64,000 nt of DNA from Camelus ferus (lineage: Eukaryota), in the NCBI RefSeq assembly GCF_009834535.1, contig NC_045697.1, positions 120,716,001 to 120,780,000 on the forward strand, given 5' to 3'. Under the pieces are notes generated by a model. The model was not told the DNA's origin. It made no database searches and worked only from the letters and a program-made list of their open reading frames with translations. Both the position numbers and the translations under genes were made by a program. Below, in pieces: positions 53,801 through 64,000 of the stretch. The number at the start of each line of letters is the position of its first letter. Position 1 is the first letter of the stretch.

Positions 53801-56800
53801 CAGTTTGGAAAACTCTGTGAAAACAGAGAAAATGCTTCTAAGTATCAATATGCCTTTTATTATGCTGAAAGTTCGGTAATCCACATGCAAACACATTTGT
53901 AGTGGGTATATTTCGAATACGTTATGAATGTAGCGTGTTCGAAAGACGTAATTTCACAGCAATGGAATCTATGTACATTACATGCCTAGTAGGTAGAAAT
54001 CGCTCCAACAGTTTTTTCCTTAGAAAAATGCCTAATTTACAAAACTGCTATTAGGAATTTCCTGCGAACTCAGAGTCAATGTTTCTAGGTGCTAATATGT
54101 CTTGTGTGGTGGATGAAAGTTTGTAATGCACATGCTTACACTCAATAAAGAATGTTGTAGAATCTGTGATGCATGTAATGTATTCGGAACACGGAATGTC
54201 ATGGTAACTGAAACTATGTTAATTGTAAGTCTATTGGATAGAACTCACTCCAAGAGGATTTTTCTGTGAAAACTGTCTTATTTTCGAAACTGGCATTAAG
54301 AAATATCTGCAAATAGTGAGTACATGCTTCTAGCTGTATATATACATTGTATGGTAGATGAAAGTACATTAATCCACATGCTAACAACTCAGCAGTTAAT
54401 ATTTGTCAAACTACGGTGCATGTAGCATGTTCGGAGCACGGTATGTCACGGCGAGGAGTTCTATGTAAATTACATGTCTATTGTGTAGAACAATCTACAA
54501 GAGAATTATCCTGCAAAAGTTGCCTGATATTATAAACTGCAGTTAGGAAAATGCTGCAAAATTATAATAATATTTTCAAGGTGTTTATATGCATTTTACG
54601 GTGAATGAAAGTTCTGTAATTCACAGGCACACAACTGACTAATGAATGTTTGTCAAATCCGTGATGAATGCAGTGTGTTCAGACCACGGAAAGTCACTTT
54701 GTGGGAAACAATTGAAATTGCAATTCTAATGGGTAGAACTCACATGCAGAGATTTTTTCTGGGAAAACTTTATGATTTTCGAGACTGACGTTAGGAAAAA
54801 TCTGTGAAATCAGAGTAAATATTTCTAGGTGTATTTATGCCTTGTATGGTGGATGAAAGTTCTGTAATCCACATGCACACAAATGAGTAATGAATGTTTG
54901 TCAAATCCGTGATGCATGTAGCGTGTTCAGAAAATGGAAAGTCACTTTGAGGGAAACTAAATTACAATTCTACTGGGTAGAACTCGCATGAAGAGGTTTT
55001 TTCTGCGAAAACTTCATGATTTTTGAAACTGAAGTTAGGAAAAAGCTGTGAAAGCAGAGTCAATATTTCTAGGTGTAAATATACCTTGTATGGTGTTTGA
55101 AAGTTCAGAAATTCACATGATCACAACTCAGGAATGAATGATTTCTAAATCCAATATTCATGTAGCGTGTTATGAACACGGAATTTCATGGTAAGTGAAA
55201 CATTGTAAATTTCATGTCTATTGGATAGAACCGATCGAAAGGAATTTTCCTGTGAAATCTGCCTGTTTTTTGCAACGGGCATTAGGACAAATCTGCAAAC
55301 GAGGAGAAACATTTCTAGGTGTAAATATGCCGTGTCTGGTGGATGAAAGTTTGGTAATCCACATGTTCACAACTCATTAAAAAATGTTTGTCAATCCGTG
55401 ATGCACTTATCATATTCTGAACACAGAATATCATGGTGAAAGAAACTTTGTAAATTACATATTTATTGGGTAGAACTCACTCCAAAAGTATATTTCTGTG
55501 AAATCTGCCTCATTTTCAAAACTGGCATAAGGAAAAGAGTTCGAAATCTGAGAAAATGTTTCTAAGGCAAATATGACTTTAATGGTGGATGAAAGTACAG
55601 TAATCCACATGCTAAAAAATTCTGTAGTGAATATTTGTCGAAACTGTTATGCATGCAACTTTCTCGGAACACAGAATTTGACGGTGAGCGAACCTATGTA
55701 AATCAAATGTCTATTGTGTAGAACTCTCTGCAAGAGCATTTTTCGGTGAAAACTGCCTCATTTTCGAAACTGGCGTTAGGAAAACTTTCAAAAAATGAGA
55801 AAATGCTTGTAAGCGCCATTATGCCTTGTATGGTGGATGAAAGTACGGTAATCCACATGCTAACAACTCTGTAGTGAATATTTGTGGAATCCGAGATGCA
55901 TGTAGCGTGTTCAGAACACGGAATTTCCCGGTGAGCGAATCTATGTAAATTACAAGTCCTTTGTTTAGAATTCGCTCCAAGAGCTTTTTGCTGCGAAATC
56001 TGCCGCATTTTCAAAACTGGCGTTTGGAAAACACTGTGAAATCAGAGAAAATGCTTCTAAGTGTCACTATGCCTTTTATTGTGTTGAAAGTTCGGTAATC
56101 CACATGCAAACACATTTGTAGTGAATATTTGTCGAATCCGTTATGCATGTAGCGTGTTCGAAAGACGTAATTTCACAGCAATGGAATCTATGTAAATTAC
56201 ATGTCTAGTGGGTAGAAATCGCTCCAACAGTTTTTTCCTTAGAAAAATGCCTAATTTTCAAAACTGCTATTAGGAAATTGCTGCGAACTCAGAGTTAATG
56301 TTTCTAGGTGATAATATGTCTTGTGTGGTGGATGAAAGTTTGTAATGCACATGCTCGTAACACAGTAATGAATGCTTTCTGAATCTGTGATGCATGTAGC
56401 ATGTTCAGAACATGGAATGTCACAGTGAGGGGAAAAATGTAAATTACATGTCTATTGGGTAGTACTCGCTCCAAGAGGATTTTTCTGCGAAAACTGCATG
56501 ATTTTAGAAACTGACGTAAGGAGAAATCTACTAAATAAGAATAAATGTTTCTATGTGTAAATACACATTGTATGGTGGGTGAAAGTTCGGTAATACACAT
56601 GTTCACCACTCAATAAAGAATGTTTGTCGAATCAGTGATGCATGTAGCGTGTTCGGAACATGAAATGTCACGGTGAGTGAAAGCATTTAAATTACATGTC
56701 CACTTGGTAGAACTTGCTCCAAAAGCATTTTTCTGTGAAATCTGCCTCATTTTCCAAACTGGCATTAGGAAAAAATTCGAATTTTGAGAAAATGCTTCTA

Positions 56801-59800
56801 AGTGTCAATATGACTTGTATGGTGATGAAAGTTCAGAAATACACATGCTAACAAATCTGTAGTGAATATTTTCCGAAACCGTGATGCATGCAGTTTTTTC
56901 AGAACACAGAATTTGACGATGAGCGAATCTATGTAAATTACATGACTATTGGGTGGAACAAGTTCCAAGAGTATATTTCTTTGAAAACTGCCTGATTTCA
57001 GAAACTGACGTTAGGAAAAATCTGCATATACTTTGTACATGTTTCTAGCTGTATATATACATTTTATGGTAGATGAAAGTTCAGTAATCTACATGCTAAC
57101 AACTCAGCAGTGAATATTTGTCGAACCTGCGGTGCAAGTAGCAAGTTTGAATCACGGAATGTCACGGCGAGGGACTCTATGTAAATTATAAGTCCAATGT
57201 GTAGAACATGCTACCAGAGATTTATCCTGCTATAGTTGCCTGATTTTCTAAACTGCCATTAGGAAAAAGCTGCGAACTCAGAATAATGTTTTCTAGGTTT
57301 ATATATGCCTTATATGGTGGATGAAAATTCTGTAATCTACATGCACACAACTGAGTAATGAATGTTTGTCAAAACTGTGATGAATTTAGCATGTTCGGAC
57401 CATGGAAAGTCACTTTGTGGGTAACTATTGAAATTACAATTCTACTGGGTCGAACTCGCTTGCAGAGATTACTTCTGCATAAACATCATGATTTTCAAAA
57501 CAGACGGTAGGAAAAAGTAGTGAAATCAGAGTAAATATTTCTAGGTGTATATATGACTTATATGGTGGATGAAAGTTCTGTCAACCACATGCACACAACT
57601 GAGTAATTAACGTTTGTCAAATCCGTGATGCATGTAGCATGTTCAGAAAACGGAAAGTCACTTTGAGGGAAACTGCTTAAATTACAATTCCTCTGGATAG
57701 AACTCGCTTGAAGAGGTTTTTTCCTGAGAAAACTTCATGATTTTAAAACCTGAAGTTAGGAAAAAGCTGTGAAAGCAGAGTAAATATTTCTAGGTGTAAA
57801 TATGCCTTGTATGGTGGATTAAATTTCGGAAATCCACATGCTCTCGAATCAGTAATGAATGTTTTATAAATCCAGTATGCATATAGCGTGTTCTGAACAA
57901 GGAATGTCATGGTAAGTGAAACATTGTAAATTTCATGTCTGTCTGATAAAACACACTCGAAGAGAATTTTCCTGTGAAATCTGCCTGTTTTTTGCAACTG
58001 GCATTCGGACAAATCTGCAAACACAGAGAAAAATTTCTAGGGGCAAATATGCCGTGTTTGTTGGTTGAATGTTCGGTAATCAACACGTTCCCAACTCATT
58101 AATAAATGTTTGTCGAATCCGTGATCCATGTAACGTGTTCGGAACACAGGCTATCACGGTAATAGAAACCTTGCAAATTACACATGTATTAGGTAGAACT
58201 CGCTCCAAAAGCATTTATCTGCGAAATCTGCCTCATTTTCAAAACTGGCATTTGAAAAACACATCGAAATCTGAGAAAATGATTCTAAGTGTCAATATGA
58301 ATTGTATGGTGGATGAAAGTTCAGTAATCCACATGCTAAAAAATTCTGTAGTGAATATTTGTCGAAACTGTTATGCATGCAGCTTTCTCGGAACACAGAA
58401 TTTGACGGTGAGCGAACCTATGTAAATTAAATGTCTATTGTGTAGAACTCTCTGCAAGAGCATTTTTCGGTGAAAACTGCCTCATTTTCGAAACTGGCGT
58501 TAGGAAAAACTTTCAAAAAATGAGAAAATGCTTGTAAGCGCCATTATGCCTTGTATGGTGTATAAAACTACGGTAATCCACATGCTAACAACTCTGTATT
58601 GAATATTTGTGGAATCCGAGTTGCATGTAGCGTGTTCAGAACACGGAATTTCACGGTGAGCGAATCTATGTAAATTACAAGTCTCTTGGGTAGAACTCGC
58701 CCCAAGAGATATTTGCTGCGAAATCTGCCGCATTTTCAAAACTGGCAGTTTGGAAAACTCTGTGAAAACAGAGAAAATGCTTCTAAGTATCAATATGCCT
58801 TTTATTATGCTGAAAGTTCGGTAATCCACATGCAAACACATTTGTAGTGGGTATATTTCGAATACGTTATGAATGTAGCGTGTTCGAAAGACGTAATTTC
58901 ACAGCAATGGAATCTATGTACATTACATGCCTAGTAGGTAGAAATCGCTCCAACAGTTTTTTCCTTAGAAAAATGCCTAATTTACAAAACTGCTATTAGG
59001 AATTTCCTGCGAACTCAGAGTCAATGTTTCTAGGTGCTAATATGTCTTGTGTGGTGGATGAAAGTTTGTAATGCACATGCTTACACTCAATAAAGAATGT
59101 TGTAGAATCTGTGATGCATGTAATGTATTCGGAACACGGAATGTCATGGTAACTGAAACTATGTTAATTGTAAGTCTATTGGATAGAACTCACTCCAAGA
59201 GGATTTTTCTGTGAAAACTGTCTTATTTTCGAAACTGGCATTAAGAAATATCTGCAAATAGTGAGTACATGCTTCTAGCTGTATATATACATTGTATGGT
59301 AGATGAAAGTACATTAATCCACATGCTAACAACTCAGCAGTTAATATTTGTCAAACTACGGTGCATGTAGCATGTTCGGAGCACGGTATGTCACGGCGAG
59401 GAGTTCTATGTAAATTACATGTCTATTGTGTAGAACAATCTACAAGAGAATTATCCTGCAAAAGTTGCCTGATATTATAAACTGCAGTTAGGAAAATGCT
59501 GCAAAATTATAATAATATTTTCAAGGTGTTTATATGCATTTTACGGTGAATGAAAGTTCTGTAATTCACAGGCACACAACTGACTAATGAATGTTTGTCA
59601 AATCCGTGATGAATGCAGTGTGTTCAGACCACGGAAAGTCACTTTGTGGGAAACAATTGAAATTGCAATTCTAATGGGTAGAACTCACATGCAGAGATTT
59701 TTTCTGGGAAAACTTTATGATTTTCGAGACTGACGTTAGGAAAAATCTGTGAAATCAGAGTAAATATTTCTAGGTGTATTTATGCCTTGTATGGTGGATG

Positions 59801-60775
59801 AAAGTTCTGTAATCCACATGCACACAAATGAGTAATGAATGTTTGTCAAATCCGTGATGCATGTAGCGTGTTCAGAAAATGGAAAGTCACTTTGAGGGAA
59901 ACTAAATTACAATTCTACTGGGTAGAACTCGCATGAAGAGGTTTTTTCTGCGAAAACTTCATGATTTTTGAAACTGAAGTTAGGAAAAAGCTGTGAAAGC
60001 AGAGTCAATATTTCTAGGTGTAAATATACCTTGTATGGTGTTTGAAAGTTCAGAAATTCACATGATCACAACTCAGGAATGAATGATTTCTAAATCCAAT
60101 ATTCATGTAGCGTGTTATGAACACGGAATTTCATGGTAAGTGAAACATTGTAAATTTCATGTCTATTGGATAGAACCGATCGAAAGGAATTTTCCTGTGA
60201 AATCTGCCTGTTTTTTGCAACGGGCATTAGGACAAATCTGCAAACGAGGAGAAACATTTCTAGGTGTAAATATGCCGTGTCTGGTGGATGAAAGTTTGGT
60301 AATCCACATGTTCACAACTCATTAAAAAATGTTTGTCAATCCGTGATGCACTTATCATATTCTGAACACAGAATATCATGGTGAAAGAAACTTTGTAAAT
60401 TACATATTTATTGGGTAGAACTCACTCCAAAAGTATATTTCTGTGAAATCTGCCTCATTTTCAAAACTGGCATAAGGAAAAGAGTTCGAAATCTGAGAAA
60501 ATGTTTCTAAGGCAAATATGACTTTAATGGTGGATGAAAGTACAGTAATCCACATGCTAAAAAATTCTGTAGTGAATATTTGTCGAAACTGTTATGCATG
60601 CAACTTTCTCGGAACACAGAATTTGACGGTGAGCGAACCTATGTAAATCAAATGTCTATTGTGTAGAACTCTCTGCAAGAGCATTTTTCGGTGAAAACTG
60701 CCTCATTTTCGAAACTGGCGTTAGGAAAAACTTTCAAAAAATGAGAAAATGCTTGTAAGCGCCATTATGCCTTGT

Positions 60776-62731
60776 ATGGTGGATGAAAGTACGGTAATCC
60801 ACATGCTAACAACTCTGTAGTGAATATTTGTGGAATCCGAGATGCATGTAGCGTGTTCAGAACACGGAATTTCCCGGTGAGCGAATCTATGTAAATTACA
60901 AGTCCTTTGTTTAGAATTCGCTCCAAGAGCTTTTTGCTGCGAAATCTGCCGCATTTTCAAAACTGGCGTTTGGAAAACACTGTGAAATCAGAGAAAATGC
61001 TTCTAAGTGTCACTATGCCTTTTATTGTGTTGAAAGTTCGGTAATCCACATGCAAACACATTTGTAGTGAATATTTGTCGAATCCGTTATGCATGTAGCG
61101 TGTTCGAAAGACGTAATTTCACAGCAATGGAATCTATGTAAATTACATATCTAGTGGGTAGAAATCGCTCCAACAGTTTTTTCCTTAGAAAAATGCCTAA
61201 TTTACAAAACTGCAATTAGGAATTTCCTGCGAACTCAGAGTCAATGTTTCTAGGTGCTAATATGTGTTGTGTGGTGGATGAAAGTTTGTACTGCACATGC
61301 TTACACTCAATAAAGAATGTTGTAGAATCTGTGATGCATGTAATATATTCGGAACACGGAATGTCATGGTAACTGAAACTATGTTAATTGTAAGTCTATT
61401 GGATAGAACTCACTCCAAGAGGATTTTTCTGTGAAAACTGTCTTATTTTCGAAACTGGCATTAAGAAATATCTGCAAATAGTGAGTACATGCTTCTAACT
61501 GTATATATACATTGTATGGTAGATGAAAGTACATTAATCCACATGCTAACAACTCAGCAGTTAATATTTGTCAAACTACGGTGCATGTAGCATGTTCAGA
61601 GCACGGTATGTCACGGCGAGGAGTTCTATGTAAATTACATGTCTATTGTGTAAACAATCTACAAGAGAATTATCCTGCAAAAGTTGCCTGATATTATAAA
61701 CTGCAGTTAGGAAAATGCTGCAAAATTATAATAATATTTTCAAGGTGTTTATATGCATTTTACGGTGAATGAAAGTTCTGTAATTCACAGGCACACAACT
61801 GACTAATGAATGATTGTCAAATCCGTGATGAATGCAGTGTGTTCAGACCACGGAAAGTCACTTTGTGGGAAACAATTGAAATTGCAATTCTAATGGGTAG
61901 AACTCACATGCAGATTTTTTCTGGGAAAACATTATGATTTTCGAGACTGACGTTAGGAAAAATCTGTGAAATCACAGTAAATATTTCTAGGTGTATTTAT
62001 GCCTTGTAGGTGGATGAAAGTTCTGTAATCCACATGCACACAAATGAGTAATGAATGTTTGTCAAATCCGTGATGCATGTAGCGTGTTCAGAAAATGGAA
62101 AGTCACTTTGAGGGAAACTAAATACAATTCTACTGGGTAGAACTCGCATGAAGAGGTTTTTCTGCGAAACTTCTGATTTTGAAACCTGAAGTTAGGAAAA
62201 GCTGTGAAAGCAGAGTCAATATTTTTAGGTGTAAATATACCTTGAATGGTGTTTGAACGTTGCTAATCCACATGTCACAATTCATTAAAAAATGTTTGTC
62301 AATCCGTGATGCACTTATCTATTCTGACACAGAATATCATGGTGAAAGCAACTTTGTAATTCATATTATTGGGTAGAACTCTCCTCCAAAGAAATATTTC
62401 TCTGTGAAATTGCCATCATTTTCAAAACTGGCTAAGGAAAAGAGTTCAAAATCTGAGAAAATGTTTCTAAGGCATATGACTTTAATGTGGATGAAAGTAC
62501 AGTAATCCACATGCTAAAATATTCTGTAGTGATATTTGTCGAAACTGTTATGCATGCAAACTTTCTCGGAACACAGAATTTGACGGTGAGCCACCCTATG
62601 TAAATCAAATGTCTATTGTGTAGAACTCTCTGCAAGAGCATTTTTCGGTGAAAACTGCCTCATTTTCGAAACTGGCGTTAGGAAAAACTTTCAAAAAATG
62701 AGAAAATGCTTGTAAGCGCCATTATGCCTTG
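60776..62731. repeat. 8-monomer HOR variant A'-B'/B-C-D-E-F-G/H'-P' (~1957 bp)
   Basis: B' is followed by C (gcttacactcaataaag) instead of X, and G is fused to H' near 62255. ORFs 60721/62678 are offset by 1957. Confidence 0.8.
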
Positions 62732-64000
62732 TATGGTGGATGAAAGTACGGTAATCCACATGCTAACAACTCTGTAGTGAATATTTGTGGAATCCGAGAT
62801 GCATGTAGCGTGTTCAGAACACGGAATTTCCTGGTGAGCGAATCTATGTAAATTACAAGTCCTTTGTTTAGAATTCGCTCCAAGAGCTTTTTGCTGCGAA
62901 ATCTGCCGCATTTTCAAAACTGGCGTTTGGAAAACACTGTGAAATCAGAGAAAATGCTTCTAAGTGTCACTATGCCTTTTATTGTGTTGAAAGTTCGGTA
63001 ATCCACATGCAAACACATTTGTAGTGAATATTTGTCGAATCCGTTATGCATGTAGCGTGTTCGAAAGACGTAATTTCACAGCAATGGAATCTATGTAAAT
63101 TACATGTCTAGTGGGTAGAAATCGCTCCAACAGTTTTTTCCTTAGAAAAATGCCTAATTTTCAAAACTGCTATTAGGAAATTGCTGCGAACTCAGAGTTA
63201 ATGTTTCTAGGTGATAATATGTCTTGTGTGGTGGATGAAAGTTTGTAATGCACATGCTCGTAACACAGTAATGAATGCTTTCTGAATCTGTGATGCATGT
63301 AGCATGTTCAGAACATGGAATGTCACAGTGAGGGGAAAAATGTAAATTACATGTCTATTGGGTAGTACTCGCTCCAAGAGGATTTTTCTGCGAAAACTGC
63401 ATGATTTTAGAAACTGACGTAAGGAGAAATCTACTAAATAAGAATAAATGTTTCTATGTGTAAATACACATTGTATGGTGGGTGAAAGTTCGGTAATACA
63501 CATGTTCACCACTCAATAAAGAATGTTTGTCGAATCAGTGATGCATGTAGCGTGTTCGGAACATGAAATGTCACGGTGAGTGAAAGCATTTAAATTACAT
63601 GTCCACTTGGTAGAACTTGCTCCAAAAGCATTTTTCTGTGAAATCTGCCTCATTTTCCAAACTGGCATTAGGAAAAATATTCGAATTTTGAGAAAATGCT
63701 TCTAAGTGTCAATATGACTTGTATGGGGATGAAAGTTCAGAAATACACATGCTAACAAATCTGTAGTGAATATTTTCCGAAACCGTGATGCATGCAGTTT
63801 TTTCAGAACACAGAATTTGACGATGAGCGAATCTATGTAAATTACATGACTATTGGGTGGAACAAGTTTCAAGAGTATATTTCTTTGAAAACTGCCTGAT
63901 TTCAGAAACTGACGTTAGGAACAATCTGCATATACTTTGTACATGTTTCTAGCTGTATATATACATTTTATGGTAGATGAAAGTTCAGTAATCTACATGC

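Larger units (their letters stand above)
1..64000. repeat. Tandem satellite DNA array, ~247-bp monomer, head-to-tail, single orientation, ~258 monomers
   Basis: The anchor motif (t)atggtggatgaaagttc.gtaatccacatgc recurs at ~160, 410, 656, 901, 1148, 1396, 1642 and onward to ~63970. The other conserved blocks (gatgcatgtagcgtgttc.gaacacgg, tgtaaattaca, gtagaactc, aaactg.c.ttaggaaaa, tttctaggtgt) keep the same order and strand throughout. Confidence 0.99.
40676..64000. repeat. 20-monomer higher-order repeat domain (A B C D E F G H' P' A' B' X I J K L M N O P), unit ~4945 bp, with 19-, 9- and 8-monomer variants
   Basis: Monomer order read directly, e.g. A 53610 ... H' 55336, P' 55582, A' 55830, B' 56078, X 56324, I 56572 ... 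P 58306, A 58555. ORF-track frames recur at 4945 bp (52798/57743, 53124/58069, 53555/58500, 51359/56304, 55195/60140). Confidence 0.95.

Noticed and set aside
33..63512. All ORFs in the six-frame track (61-152 aa), including recurring ones such as MPVSKIRQFSQKNPLG..., MFGNQHVPNSLINV... and MVNMCITELSPTIQ...
   Set aside because: They are short, occur on both strands, recur only because the DNA repeats, and are broken by stops or frameshifts in other copies. The ~247-bp period is not a multiple of 3, and I recognise no protein domain.
1..64000. CRISPR-like or repeat-spacer array
   Set aside because: The variable segments between conserved motifs are homologous to each other and recur with the HOR rather than being unique spacers. 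No cas-like ORFs are present.
1..64000. Transposon insertion, inversion or telomeric/microsatellite tract within the array
   Set aside because: All non-N sequence I read was assignable to monomers in the same orientation. I saw no unique insert, terminal repeat or strand switch.

Overview
The whole 64 kb window is one head-to-tail, single-orientation, AT-rich satellite DNA array with a monomer of about 247 bp, broken only by two 100-N assembly gaps (1861-1960 and 40576-40675). I see no credible genes, RNA genes, transposons or CRISPR arrays; the ORF track consists of short incidental frames that recur at the repeat periods. The monomers form higher-order repeats (HORs). Left of the second gap is a 16-monomer HOR of about 3955 bp (types I label A-P). 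Right of it is a related 20-monomer HOR of about 4945 bp, equal to the 16-mer plus four monomers (P', A', B', X) between H and I. Rearrangements visible in the sequence include a ~10.13 kb (41-monomer) tandem duplication whose breakpoint maps to a 20-bp identity between paralogous monomers F and M, 19-, 9- and 8-monomer HOR variants with fused monomers, and patchwork allele sharing between copies. The architecture resembles eukaryotic (peri)centromeric HOR satellite, but the organism and centromeric function cannot be determined from sequence alone. Monomer boundaries were placed by eye (about +/-10 bp), and some variants may be assembly or consensus artefacts.
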